Origin: Squalus acanthias
Lineage: Eukaryota
Assembly: GCA_030390025.1 (NCBI GenBank)
Contig: CM059432.1
Coordinates: 96,474,001 to 96,538,000, forward strand
Reading direction: 5' to 3'
Length of the DNA: 64,000 bases
Below, in pieces: positions 1 to 12,364 of this stretch (position 1 is the first letter of the stretch; every line of letters starts with the position of its first letter). The translations under genes were made by a program, and so were the position numbers. The notes beneath the pieces were generated by a model that was given only the letters and a program-made list of their open reading frames with translations, did not search any database and had not been told where the DNA came from.

Positions 1-17
1 TACACAGGATTGACATT

Positions 18-255
18 GGCCTGGAATTTGCAGTTAGCAGTGAAGTGAAGGCGTTCTCTGCTGGCCCCGAAATATGCTGCGTACAAGGATGCTGCAACCG
101 CTGTGTCAAGATGTTTGGGTTTTCCGACCTTCAATTTAATGGGCTGTAGTGGGGATTCCCTTGTGTGGTGGGGGGTGCTGCACAGCGCAGCCAGTTTCGG
201 AGCTGACATTGACAGACCGCAACTTCAAGATTTCTGCATGTGCAAATTCTGGGCC
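18..255. mobile_element. Short internally deleted non-autonomous DNA transposon (PIF/Harbinger-type MITE), same family as 54319-55086
   Basis: Starts ggcctggaatttgca and ends tgcaaattctgggcc (imperfect terminal inverted repeat). The first ~150 bp align by eye with 54319 onward (ttttccgaccttcaatt...gtagtggggat), and the last part aligns with 54950-55020. Confidence 0.6.
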
Positions 256-1891
256 ACGATGTATGTTATTAGGTGTTATTTCTACATTTTGCTTCATTAT
301 TATACTTACACAATGGAAAATATTAAAAATAATACATTACATTTCCTGAATACTATCTGGGGGAAAAAATAGTTCATGGGGGGGGGGGGGGGGGGGGAGG
401 TGAGATCTGGTGAAAATAACATAAGCCTGAAGATAAGAGAAATAGGAGATGAGAGTAAAGTTCTGACCAAGGTAAGGAATAAGGATAACATAAATGGTCA
501 GGGAACAAGTACAGTTATAAAACAGAAGTATAAAAGAACTGTTAAAAATAAAGTAAAAGGAACAACTATTAAAGACAAATTAAACTACCTGTACAGCGAT
601 GTACACAGCATCCAAAATAATGTCATTATTTGCAGTAGAAAAAGGAACATAACTAACAGAAGGATAGAAACAGAATCCATATGGATTAAAAGAAAAGACA
701 AGGAATCGATTACGCTAATAAGGGTATACTAGAGACCACCTAATAGTGGAATGGAGGCAGAGGAAGAAATATGTAAGCAAATATGTGAAATGAGTAAAGG
801 ACATAGAATAATAATCATGGAAGATTTTAACTACCCACAAAAAAACTGGCAAGAAGAGGTAGTGAAAGGGGTAAAGGGAATGGACTTTTACAATATGTGC
901 AGGACTCCTTTCTTACCTAGTATGTAAATAGCCCAACAAGAGAGGGAGCACTGCTGGATCTAGTAATGGGAAATGAACCAGAACAGATAAGAGAAGTAAG
1001 CATAGAGGAACACCTAAACCACAGTGATTACAATATAATAAGGTTTAAGACAAAGATTGAGGACATAAGTGAAAACATTTAAGTTAAAAGGGGAGGATAA
1101 TTGATAAACTAATCATACTTAGAGAGGATAAAACCCCTGGTCCAGATGGATTGCATCTGCGCTTATTAAAAGAAGTTAGGGAAGAGATAGCAGAGGCACA
1201 ATTACATTTATATAAAAAATTATTAGAAAAGGGAATACTGTCAGAGGACTCATGGACAGCTAATGTGATTTCTATTATTTAAAATGGAGATAGAACAAGT
1301 TTAGGGAACTACAGACCAATTAGCTTAACGTCGGTGGTAGGAAAGGTAATGGAATCCTTACTCAAAGATGTAACAGAAAAATATCTAGAAACTGAAAATA
1401 TAATAAAGAATAGTCAGCACTGATTTCAAAAGGGAAGGTCATGCTTGAACAACTTTACTGAATTATTTGAAGAAGTAACAGAAACGATAGACAAGGGTAA
1501 TGCAGTAGACATAACATATTTGGATTTTCAAAAGGCCTTCAATAAGGTAGACTCATGACAAAAGTCAGAACATGTGGAATCAGGGGACAAGTAGCAGAAT
1601 GGATAGCAAGCTGGCTACAAAACAGTAAACAGAATAGGGGTTAAAGGTGGTTACTCAGACTGGCAAAAGGTGGGAAGTGATGTTCCACAAGGAACGATAC
1701 TGGGACCACTGTTGTTCACCATTTACATAAATGATTTAAACTTGGAAATCATAAATACAATTTCAAAATTTGTGGACAACACCAAATTGGGGGGTATAGT
1801 TAATAGAGACGACTGTGACAAAATACAGGAAGACATTAGAATCATAAAATCATAGAAATTTACGGCGCAGAAGGAGGCCATTTGGCCCATC

Positions 1892-3663
1892 AGCCAGGAT
1901 TTTACTAACCTCGGTGGGTCCATGGCGGATGACGTCGTTGGCGGGTCCTGACCCGACTGCTGGCTCCAGCCCGCTTTGGAAATTAATTTCCCTTGATGGG
2001 GTTTGTTCAGCCTGCCCAGTGCGTTTCCCGGCCAATTAGAGGAAGCGGGTCTGCTGACGCCATTTGATGACACGTCATCAGCCAGTTTCCTTAAAGGGAC
2101 CATGGCCAACTTTAATTTGACATTAGTGCTGTCAGTGTTCTACAGCATTGAGGTGCTGCAAACACTGACAATGACTGCACAAAGGCACAGGACTGCACCC
2201 AGGCTCTCCCATGACTCCCTCCATATGCTTATGGAAGGAGTCACAGCATGCAGGGAGGGCCTCTTCCCTTCCCAAGGGCGGAAGAGACCTCCCCAGGAGA
2301 TCAACACAGCCTGGTTGCACATTGCACAGGAGGGCACAAGCAGGGATGTGGTCAGGAGGACCTGGGTGCAGTGCCGCAAACATTTCAATAATCTCAGTAG
2401 ATCACAAAACGTTAGTACAAAGCTACACTCAACCTCATTCTGCTGTGCCTCTCATCACATCCCCATCACTCTGCCTTCCCTACCCTACCCCTGCACATCC
2501 TTCTCACACCAACTTACCTTGCACCTCCACCCATCCCTCTCTATCTATATTATCACATCCCCATCTCCCTAGCCACCCCTCACACTCACCCTCATCCTAG
2601 TGCAATCATACCAACTAACAACACACAAGGGTAGGCACTTGGGTGTTTTAACCAATGTCCATGTGAAGTTTCTGTTAATGTGGTATCAAACATTGAAACC
2701 TTTATTTTCAACACCTTGCGTTCTTGGACAGATTTGTGTGCACCTTTGGAAGTGGCTTAGTGAGTTGCAGTGAATGTTGAGATATAACAGTACCCCCCGC
2801 AATGGTGATGAGTGTGAAAGGAATGGCTTGGACATTGTATGGATGCTTTATGGTGTTGGTATTGGGTGGTGCCAACCTGGCGCATCATGTGGCAGCCAGG
2901 GTGTACAGTGTCAAGTGAAGTAAATCTGGCCATGGTGAGGCCATCCCTGGGCTTCCGGGAAGCAATGTGCTCGGGTGCTGTTGCCCTGTGTCCTGTGCAG
3001 CATCAGGTGATTGCGGAGAAGGTTGGTGGTGTTGTTGTTGGTGCTGCTGGTGTGCCTGGTGCTGCTGGTGTTGGGACAGATCGTGGTGGGATTCTGAGGA
3101 CCAAGGTGAGAGAGTATAAAGGGCACCCATGCTGATGGAATCGATGGCAGGTGAAGTAGAGATGACAGAAGCGATCTGTCAATGGTGAGAGGGGTAATCA
3201 GGTCAGACAGGATGGAGACTTGTGTAAAGACTTGCAGCATGGTGAATCTGTTGTGGAAATGCAGTGAGGAAGAGCTTGTGGCTGAGGGAAGATATCTCTG
3301 TAAGGTGGGAGCTTTTACTTGACATTTGAAGCTGTCAACTCAACAGCTGATTCAATGGGCACTGAACTCCTGCCTCAGCTTGACAGACATGATCCCCGAG
3401 CAGCGAGGACCCTGTGGGCGAGCACGTAAAATCAAAAGGTGAGCTCAAATGTGTTCTTAATGATCTCTAAACAAGGTCATAATTACCTGAATTGGGTCCC
3501 CTGCCGCTGCGTGTTGGGTCTGCTCAGCGCTGACAGACCCGACATTGGGAAAGGCGCGTGGCAGTGGGTTCACAGTGGGGTCCCGACCCGCTGGGGGGAA
3601 AAAACAATTTCCCACCCAACCCGCCACCGATCGCGCCCACTGATGCTCCGGAAAATCTCTGCT
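1892..3663 (+). mobile_element. Non-autonomous PIF/Harbinger element carrying a Myb/SANT-like ORF remnant
   Basis: 3-bp TSD ATC (1889-1891, 3664-3666). Imperfect TIRs agccaggatttt / aaaatctctgct. Internal sequence shared with 3849-5387 and 51577-53369. Confidence 0.8.
2171..2410 (+). pseudogene. Harbinger Myb/SANT-like DNA-binding protein, first exon remnant
   Basis: Translation MTAQRHRTAPRLSHDSLHMLMEGV...REGLFP...RKRPPQEINTAWLHIAQE...RRTWVQCRKHFNNL fits the Myb/SANT-like (trihelix) pattern of the Harbinger second protein. It is followed by a GTTAGT donor-like site at 2411. Confidence 0.7.
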
Positions 3664-3848
3664 ATCATGTCTGCACCAGTCGAGAAAGAGTTATCCAGCC
3701 TAATCCCACTTTCCAGCTCTTGGTCCATAGCCTTGCATTAATAAACTTGCAGAATGGGTATGCAATTGACAAATGAACTTCAATATAAGGTTGAGGTGGT
3801 ACATTTTGGTTGGAAGAATAAGGCGGCCACATACTCCTTGCAAAATAA

Positions 3849-5387
3849 GGCCGCAAATTTAATTCTGGAGGCAGGATGGGGGTGGGACAGCTGGTTTCCG
3901 GGTTCCGGTCCCGCTCCCAGCTGCCTCCGCTCTGCTGACGTGATTTTACATTGATTGGCCTTGTTAAGCCCGCCCTGTGGGCTTATCGGCCAATTAACAG
4001 GAAGCGGGTCTGATGACGTCATTTGAGGACACGTCATCAGCCGGTTTCCTTAAAGGGACCACGTCCACATGGATTTTGACAGTTGTTCTGTCAGTGTTTG
4101 ACAGCATTGAGGTGCTGCAAACACTGACAATCACTGCACAGAGGTGAATGCTTGCTCCCAGGCTCTCCAATGATGCAGGGAGGTTCTCTTTCCTTCCAAG
4201 GGCGGAAGAAACCTCCCCAGGACACCAACTTACCTTGCACCTCCACCTAACCCTCTCTATCTACTTTATCACTTCCCCATCTCACTAGCCACCCCTCACA
4301 CTCATCCTCATTCTACTGCAAGCATACCAACTAACAACACGCAAGAGTAGGCACTTGAGAGGTTTAGCTAATGTCCATGTGAGGTTTCTGGTAATGTGTT
4401 GGCCTACAGTGAAATCTCTTTTTCAAAAAGTGCCCCTTATTGGACAGATCTGAGTGCACCTTGAGAAATGTCTTACTGAGATCCAGTGATCGTTCAGTCA
4501 TAACTCCCCCCCCCCCCACCTCTGCTATAGTAATGAGTGTGGATGGAATGGCTTGGACATTAAAGGGATGCTTCACGGTGCTGGTGTGGGATGGTGTCAA
4601 CCTGGCACATCATGTGGCAGCCAGGGTTAACAGCATCAAGTGAAGAAACTCCGGCCATGGTGATGCCATCAGGGGCTGATGCCCTGTGTCCAGTGCAGCA
4701 TCAGGTGATGGCGGAGTAGGTTGGTGATGAGTTTGGTGATGTTGGTGTTGGGGCTGATCGTGGAAGGATTCGGAGGATCAAGGTCTGATTATGGAAGGAT
4801 TCAGAGGATCAAGGTCTGATTGTTTCATTGGCTCCGATGTTGCTGGAATAGATGGCAGCTGCAGGTGAGATGACAGAAACGATCTGTCACTGGTGAGAGA
4901 GGTTCTCCCAATGAGGTGGCACTGGACACAGAGTTGGATCTAAAAACTTGTAAGCTAAAGAAATCTCTATATGTACTAAAAATGCAGTAACCAACATTTT
5001 CTGTGCTCTGAAATGCACCATCTGCAACATGGCATCCTTTACACCACTTCTGCAGTTGTCAGCTTTTCACATACATCAGAGCAGACTCAAAACACGCCTG
5101 GTTGAGCTGGTGTGTTCCTGAACAGCGGGTAACCAGTGGGGGAGAAGGCAAAATTACAAGTAAGCCTCAAAATAGTCTTAAATTGGCTCTTAACAAGCCA
5201 TTTAAGTACCAGAATTGTCTCCCTCGCCGCTTGGTGTCGGGTCAGTTCTGCGCTGACAGACCCGACACCTGGGAGACTTGCGTGGAGGTGGGTTGACAGT
5301 GGGTTTCCTACCCGCCGTCAATCTTTGCGATTTTGACTGCGGACCCACCTCCAAACCAGCCCCCTCAGCGCGATTAAATTCGCGGCC
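3849..5387 (+). mobile_element. Non-autonomous PIF/Harbinger element (deleted relative of 51577-53369)
   Basis: TIRs ggccgcaaatttaat / attaaattcgcggcc. Flanks TAA / AAA (3-bp TSD, one mismatch). The interrupted CR1 resumes correctly on both sides. Contains a ~31-bp tandem duplication at ~4761-4821. Confidence 0.85.
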
Positions 5388-6286
5388 AAAGTGTCTAAAT
5401 GGGGTAGGGGAGCAGTGGGATCGGGGGTACAGATACACAAATCACTAAAAGGCGCAACGCAGGTTAATAAGGCCATAAAAATTGCAAACAAAGCACTGGG
5501 GTTCATTTCTAGAAGGATAAAAGTTATGTTAAACTTGTATAGAATCTTGGTTAGACCACACTTGGAGTACTGAGAACAGTTCTGGTCTCAATATTATAAA
5601 AAGGATATAGAGGCACAGGAGGTGCAAAAAAGATTTACTAGAATTATACCAGAACTGAGAGGTTATACCTATCTGGAAAGATTGAACAGGCTGGGTCTCT
5701 TTTCTCTAGAAAAGAGAAGACTGAGGGGTGACCTGATAGAGATCTTTAAGATTATGAAAGGGTTTGATAAGGTAGATGTAGAGAAGATGTTTCCACTTGT
5801 GGTGGAGACCAAAACTGGGGGGCCATAAATATAAGACTATCACTAATAAATCCAATAGGGAATTCAGGAGAAATGTTGTTACCCAGAAAGTAGTTAGAAT
5901 GTGGAACTCGCTACTACATGGAGGAGTTCAGGCGACTAACATGGATGCATTTAAGGGGAAGCTAGACAAACACATGAGGGAAAAAGGAATAGAAGGATAT
6001 GTTGATGGACTAAGATGAAGAAGGGTGGGAGAAGGCTCGTGTGGAGCATAAACACCGACATGGACCAGTTGGGCCGAATGGCCTGTTTCTGTGCTGTAAA
6101 TACTATGTAATGCTATGTACTATGCGCTATGTATCATGTAATGATTCTTGATATGAAATCTCTTTAAGTTGCCAAGGACTATACCCTGGTTTAATAGAGT
6201 TTTCAAGTAGGATTATTTTGTGTGGCAAACAGGCAAAACCTGCTCTAAAATCTTATCAGGTAGTTCACTCGGAGAACGCTCATTAT

Positions 6287-7270
6287 GGGGGGGGGAAATT
6301 CGTTAGGTTAGCGCCTCCCGTTAGTGCCTGCTGAGGGCGGTAACACGGCGCTGATGCAGTAGCACCAGGGCAAGGCGAATCCAGCGCCGCATGGCAAATC
6401 CGCGCCCCCCCCCCCTCCATTGCGCCGCCAGTAGGAGGTACCGCCGGGGACTTCAACGCCAGGCAGATCGTGACGTCAGTGAGTGTGTAACGCCCGATAT
6501 GCAAAATTCATTGTTGCCACTTATCTTTGTGCCTTGAGCAGACAGCGACATGGAGAGCAGGCGCACAGCTGATGGAAGCCGGCTCCAGCGACATTATTTA
6601 AAGGCATCAGCATTAATCACTTGCAGCTGTCAGAGCAGGTTAGTTTCAGTGGCTTCTTGTCAGTTTCAGCTAGTGGATCACTTTGTATGAGTAATTTCAA
6701 GCTTCTTTTTATCAGCAGTGTTCTGGCAACTGCAAAGTGCCTTCATTTATTGTTCAAAGATTCAAACTGCTACACTTAGCAACATTAATGGGGGCTGTAC
6801 TGGCATGCCTCCTCACCCTCCAGGATCTACGGTGGAGGGAGCGTAAGCAGCCAGAAATACGGGAACATATGTGCAGAGGGATGAGGAGGGACACCAGGGC
6901 TTTCTCCAGGAGGCCTTACCCTCCGAGGGTATTCCGACAGCACGTCTCCAACCTTCAATTAAGCGAGGATCAGTGTATTAGAAGGCTCTGCATCACCCAG
7001 GTGGTGGTCACAGAACTCTGCCACCTCCTCCAAACAGACCTCCAGCTTCAGGATGACTTAAACCCCAGATCCCTTTTGCTTACCACATGCCCATCATACC
7101 ATCCCTGTGTCATGCTATATCACAGCGTCCTCCTGGGTGCAAAGGTAAAATGAGAGAGACTCCAAAATATTGCAAACCCCATTAATAAATTTATTACTAA
7201 ACATATCATACATATCATATTCATTCTAATAACTAATGACCTTTGTGCCTGACATAGTTGAATGGCTGTC
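6287..7270 (+). mobile_element. PIF/Harbinger element fragment with the N-terminus of a HARBI1-like transposase
   Basis: GC-rich terminus ggggggaaatt...gcgcctcccgttag is the reverse complement of the right end of 56203-56867. ORF 6737-7153 contains RRPYPPRVFRQHVSNLQLSEDQCIRRLCITQVVVTELCHLLQTDLQ, typical of the Harbinger transposase N-terminal region. No DDE core is present. Confidence 0.65.
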
Positions 7271-7271
7271 A

Positions 7272-7810
7272 TTGTGTGAAAGGCGTGAGATGTGGGTGTG
7301 AGGTGCTGTTCCTCGAGCTCCACTCCCACTCTGACCTTTCCATCCTCGGCCTCTTATACTGTCCCAGCAAAGCTCAACGTTAGCTCGAGGAACAGCAATT
7401 AGGCACTTTACAGCCTCTGGACTCAACATCGAGTTCAACAATTTCAAACCATAACCTCTGCCCCTATTTTTTTTCACATGGCAGCTATTGATGATCTGCC
7501 ATTCTCATTTACACCTCATCTAGACTCATCTTTTGTTTCTTAACTTGTCCCATTACCATCTCCTTTTGCCTTGCACCATCATCCCTTTTGTCAGTTACTC
7601 TCTCCTGTCTTCCACCCTATCACAGACCTTCCCTTTTGTTCTTTCCTCCCCTCCTCCCTTTCCCTGCCCCTACACTTGCTTAAAAATCTGTTATATCTCT
7701 AACTTTTTCCAGTTCTGACGAAGGGTCATCGACCTGAAACGTTAACTCTGTATCTCTCTCCACAGATGCTGCCTGACCTGCTGAGTATTTCCAGCATTTT
7801 GATTTTATTT
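7272..7810 (+). mobile_element. Penelope-like element 3' end (GIY-YIG C-terminal remnant + pseudo-LTR)
   Basis: ...ctcgaggaacagc...ttaggcactttacagcctctggactcaacatcgagttcaacaatttc, followed by the pLTR ending cacagatgctgcctgacctgctgagtatttccagcatttt. Same family as 28522-29217. Confidence 0.85.
7711..7747 (+). ncRNA. Minimal type I hammerhead ribozyme in a Penelope pLTR
   Basis: AGTT-CTGACGA-ag-GGTC-atc-GACC-t-GAAACGTT-AACT: intact CUGANGA and GAAA cores, stem II GGTC/GACC, stem I AGTT/AACT, palindromic ACGT stem III. Confidence 0.8.
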
Positions 7811-7874
7811 TAAAAACTTAGCAACGTTTAGCAAAAAAAAAGTCTAAAAAGTTAGAGGCTGCTTCTGACCCTTC

Positions 7875-8535
7875 AACAACAACAACAACAACAATGTGCA
7901 TTTATATAGCACCTTTAACATAGTAAAACGTCCCCAGGCACTTCACAGCAGCATTAGCAAATAAAATTTGACATCAAGCTACATAAGTAGACATGCAGAT
8001 CCAGGCCGACTTGAACAACCTACCACCAACCCATCTCAAATCTAGGAGGCCATTTTGGACTGTCGCCGAAGCCGTTCAGCGATCTCCCCTCAGCCTTGCT
8101 GACCGATGGCAAAATGCTTGGAAGAACTGTGACATATGAAATGGATTCCTTATAGAGGACCCCACAGTATCAACCTGAAGGATCAAATCTTCCTCGCAAA
8201 CAGTGGACAACCATCAACCGCCTCAGAACCGCTCATGGTAGATGCTGCCACCTTCTCCATAGATGGAAGATTAAAGCATCCCCATCACTCGACTGTGGAT
8301 CTCCTAATCAGACCCTGGAGCACATCATTGAGCACTGCCCTCGGAGGAAATTCACAGGCAGCCTACAAGATATCCACGCTGTTACATCGGAAGCTTTGAC
8401 TTGGATATCCAACTTAGATATTGACATTCGATTTGCTTTGCTACTACCAGACCAAAGAAGAAGAAGAAGTAGATATTAGAACAGATCACCAAAAGCTCGG
8501 TCAAAGGAGTGTCTTAAAAGAGGAGGCAGAGAGGT
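7875..8535 (-). mobile_element. L2 LINE 3' end, interrupted by the retroposon at 7993-8468
   Basis: (caa)n tail followed by tgcatttatatagcacctttaac...aaaatttgaca. Resumes at ~8473 as tattagaacagatcaccaaaagctcggtcaaag. Confidence 0.7.
7993..8468 (+). mobile_element. 5'-truncated non-LTR retrotransposon 3' end, RTE-like, with (GAA)n tail
   Basis: Encodes an 'LKSRRPFW' remnant and ends gaccaaagaagaagaagaag. Flanked by agtagaca / agtagata (TSD-like). Confidence 0.55.
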
Positions 8536-9286
8536 TTCCAGACTTTAGTAGAATAAGTACCTCATATAAATCTAATCTCCACATAAAAACGCTGAGTGTA
8601 AAGAACTAATGGTAATTTCCTTTGCCTGAATTAATAGAAGGGGGTTTCGAGATCCGGAATGTGGATAGGGAACTTTATATCACCGCCCTGCATTGCCCAC
8701 TGGGCATCACATTATATAGGATTGGAAATGTGCATTGTTAATAATAGTTCACTTTTGCTTGTTTCTCTTTTACCAACTCGAAACAAACACCAGCTGTGGA
8801 CAGTGCCTATTCGGGGCTGCATTTACTATTGCGGGAGTACTGCAGAATATCTCGCTTTAACGCGAAAGAAATTTAAAATAAAAACGGTTTCCCACTCGTT
8901 TATTTTTTCCGGCGATTTTCTTCGTTTTAAATCTCGTCCTTCAATCGATTTTGTGGGGAAACAGGTGCAAACGGGCTTTGAAAGCATCAGGAACATACAC
9001 GATTCTGTATCCCGTCCGCATCAATACACCAAGCACAGTGACAGAGAAAGGAAAGGGGGACCATGTATCATGAAACAAAAACAGTCGATATAAAGTGATT
9101 GCAAGAATGTATACAAGTAAGGGAAAGAAGCACAAAAGTTAAAAAAAACAAGTATCAAAGCGATGTAAAACTGATTGGAAGGTGTAATTCAGAGAGAAGA
9201 TCTGGAGTAAGAAGAACAGTGGAGAGGTAGAAGCAAAAAGAATGCGATAAACTGCTATACAATGGAAGGAGCCGGAGGAAACCTAC

Positions 9287-9950
9287 CTGGGTGTGGGGTC
9301 AGGTTCTCCTCACTGATGAAGGTGCCGGGCAGAAGTTGGCACTCCCACGGGCTCCGGGGGCACTGGGATTGTCTTGCCTCGACCCAGTGGTGCCGCTGGT
9401 CTCCCGGGTTGTTCTGCTCTCGGTGCCGCAGCGCTCAGACTGAGAGCCGGAGCCGGGCAGCTCCCGGCTCAGTCTCCCAGATGTTTCATCCCAATCCACG
9501 TGGTCCCATGGGAAGCAAATTACATCTGCTTCCCCCCTTTTAAAAAAGTAACTCAGGAAGTCCCGGGTTTCTGTATTATCAGCCTCGCCAATATGACATT
9601 CTTCCTCACACTTCCAGCTGCCTTTGAACACTTGCTCCAGTTGTCCAAGGTTAATGTGTATCTCTCACATCCCAGGATCTCGGGTCCGCCCGCAGCGCAC
9701 CGGCAGCAATGCGGCGACTGTCACCCAAGAAAACTTTGGAGCAGTTTTATGTTGCCTGAAAACAAATCTCACACGCACCACCTGCAATCTGGCGAGTCTG
9801 CCCGGCGCAGGCTACTGCTCTCTAAGTCGGGACAGAGATACAGAGACCAGAAATGCAGTGATCGCCCAGTAACGGAGAAAAGTTCTCTTCCTGCAGCACT
9901 GCTCCCTGCAATGTTCACACGTCGGCTGTTAACATCACTCAGGCGGAACG
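9287..9950 (-). promoter_or_regulatory. CpG-rich putative promoter and non-coding first exon of an unidentified host gene transcribed leftwards
   Basis: Non-repetitive, locally CpG/GC-rich stretch ending in a strong donor CAG|GTAGGT (exon end 9287, intron from 9286). No ATG-initiated frame reaches the donor. The 5' boundary is approximate. Confidence 0.5.
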
Positions 9951-10314
9951 TGTCAACAGTGGTAGGACTGGCATTTATCATCAATCGATCAAATCCATTC
10001 AAGCCTATCAGCTATGTTCATTTTTAAGCGATTCATATAAAATTGAGTTGAGTTTTCAAAACAAGGTATTTGTCACGTGTGAAGTGTGGCACATGACAGT
10101 TGTGACCGCTGGTTTCTACATACTGTTAAAGCAGTTGGGAGGGAGCCCATGCTATAGAGAACAGGGGACGCTTCATAGCGAGCAGGAGCCATTTTAAATA
10201 AAACCAAAACATTTAAAACTTCTGCTAGCCCCTTTCTCCCTATCCCCTTCTATTCTTTCTACCTCCCTATTCTCTCTGCCCTTTTAAATTTTAAGTTTGA
10301 TTCAATTATTTCTG

Positions 10315-10595
10315 TACAAAAGCAAAATACTGCAGAAGTTGGAAAATGTTGGAAATACTCAACGGGTCAGGCAGCATCTGTGGAGAGAGAAACAGTTAAC
10401 GTTTCAGGTCGCTGACCTTTGGTCGGAACTGGAAAAAGTTAGAGATGTAACAGATTTTAAGCAAGTGTAGGGGCAGGGAAAGGGGGAGGGGAGGAAAGAA
10501 CAAAAGGGGAGGTCTGTGATAGGATGGAAGGCAGGAGAAATTAAAAGACAAAAGGGATGATGGTGCCAGGTGAAAGGCGATGTAACGGGGAAGTA
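10315..10595 (-). mobile_element. Penelope-like pLTR fragment (hammerhead core mutated)
   Basis: acaaaagcaaaatactgcag...ggcagcatctgtggagagagaaacagttaacgtttcaggtc. The core reads CCGACCA instead of CTGACGA. Confidence 0.8.
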
Positions 10596-10619
10596 ATTAT
10601 TTCTGTAACTGCTTTCAAT

Positions 10620-10740
10620 GTATCATGTTTCCTACATTACAACAGTGACTACACTTTAAAAAGCACTTAATTAGCTGTAAAGCACTTTGGAACATCCTGT
10701 GGTCGTATAAGGCACTATGTAAATGCAAGCCTTTCTTTTA
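10620..10740 (+). mobile_element. SINE 3' end with L2-type tail (Deu/SacSINE-like)
   Basis: tgtttcctacattacaacagtgactacac...ctgtaaagcactttgg...aaggcactatgtaaatgcaag. Confidence 0.6.
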
Positions 10741-12364
10741 TATTCTAACATTTTTCTTTTTATCCAACTTTAAAATCATTTACTTATCTTTTCTCTCTAC
10801 CTTCGCACCATCCATTTTGGAAGAGGAGGGGAGTTTTCTTTTACAAAAAGACTTTTGTTGACTGAAAACTGACTTTTGCAGCAACTCAAAAGCCTAGATT
10901 TATAGATGCAATTATGTCAGTCTTTGATGTGAAAAGGTGTTTAGATATACAGTGCTTGCCATACTTGGCCATGCATATTTACTGACTGATCCACAACAGG
11001 ACAATTTCCAAATGAGTAAATTCATCTGTGAAGGGCATTTGAAGGGTCAAGGATGGAATAGCATTATTACTCTTTTTAAATAATTATTTTTGTAAGATAT
11101 TTAGTATTTTCTCCTTTTCTCCCCCTGTGCTTCATGTACAACACCATCTCCAACAGGGATTCATTGGGAGATCTGCTCTTCAGTTTTCTCTCCATCCCAA
11201 TTGGGAATGTTCTAAGCTTCAGTTGCCATCAGCACACAATGGCAGTGGTAGGACTGGCGCCTTTTCTGGGGAATGAGATCATGTACTCATTGAAGTGAAA
11301 AATGTCAGAACTAGGGACTAGGGACTGAATGCTTTTTCCACACTCATCACACAATGCCGATGTCAATCACACCCAGGTTAAGTGCAGTGTGGGTCAGGTA
11401 CAGAGCAGAGTCCTGATAATGCACCTTAACCTTAGCTTCAGAAGAGTACTCCCTAATGCACCAGTGTGAGATTTTCTTCCCCACTTGCCAGACTAGCCAT
11501 CCCAGTTAATACCAGATCTGAAGAAATTTGTATTGTAGTTTTGCACTCACTAAGTTAAGATTGACCACATGCATTTTAAGTTGGATCTTACAGCTAGCAA
11601 AGAGAGAAAGCCTTTCATCCCATCAGTCTGTTCTGCATTAAATCCTAGATTCCAAAGGTGAAAGGTTTCTGTGCTAAACCATTATGCTACCCAACTCCCA
11701 GAAATGAGTAGCTTACCACGCGGAGAATTGTAGGTGTGAACTGATGTCTGTACCACTCCGTCAGACAGTAGAGCTCCAAGTGCTGTACTAACATATTTGC
11801 AAAAAAGTGATAATTTTTCAACTCATACAAGAGACAAATGTGTATTGGATGGCAATAGTTCAAGAAAGCACAATTAAAAAGTTGAATGTTCAAAATTTCT
11901 ATGATTGTGTGATGTTAGATATCAATTGCTGTAGCTGTCAAAATATAAAGGGTACAATGCAAGTATTCTACTCAGAGAAAGATCTTCTCAGCTAACTTGT
12001 GGCTTTGCCACTTGTCAGTTATCAAGTGATTCTCAGTCATAGAATAAAATGAGTATTCCAGTGTTCCCTGTTTTATGCTCTGTCTGCACAACATGTGTGA
12101 GATTTAAGAATAAACAAAACTGGTACCAGTCACCTTTGGCTAGGTGCCTTCATCTCTTACATCACTATCATCTTTACTACTCTTTAACATTTTTGACATT
12201 ACTTACGGAGGGAAAGTGTGTGTGTGTCGGGGGGAGAGTGTGGGAGTGTCGGGGGAGAGTGTGTGTACCCTTGCATTAAAACAAAAGGAAGAAAATATCG
12301 CTGGTGTTGAGTTTAATGTAATAATTTAATGTGAAGATCCTGCTGATTTTCATAAACTGTTAAT

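Larger units (their letters stand above)
1839..3735 (-). mobile_element. 3' end of a CR1-type LINE or CR1-tailed SINE inserted antisense into the CR1, itself split by a Harbinger element
   Basis: Tail gaatcataaaatcatagaaatttacggcgcagaaggaggccatttggcccatc continues at 3667 as atgtctgcaccagtcgagaaagag...tccatagccttg. Flanked by a CATTA direct repeat (1834-1838, 3736-3740). Confidence 0.7.
560..6125 (+). mobile_element. Decayed CR1-clade LINE (endonuclease + RT) in three pieces: ~560-1838, 3736-3848, 5388-6125
   Basis: CR1 motifs: YRPP/DFNYP endonuclease remnants, 'VPQGTILGPLLFTIYINDL', 'VRPHLEY', 'LGLFSLEKRRLRGDLIE', and a 3' UTR ending ggccgaatggcctgtttctgtgctgt plus (ctatgta) repeats. Many stops and frameshifts. 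Split by the inserts at 1839-3735 and 3849-5387. Confidence 0.9.

Noticed and set aside
2885..3130. Gln/His-rich ORF resembling a transcription factor
   Set aside because: It derives from a (tgg/tgc/tgt)-rich low-complexity tract inside the Harbinger element and is not preserved in sibling copies.
9299..10027. ORFs 9299-9631 (-) and 9374-10027 (+) as protein-coding genes
   Set aside because: Non-ATG starts and no recognisable domain; long frames are expected by chance in GC-rich DNA.
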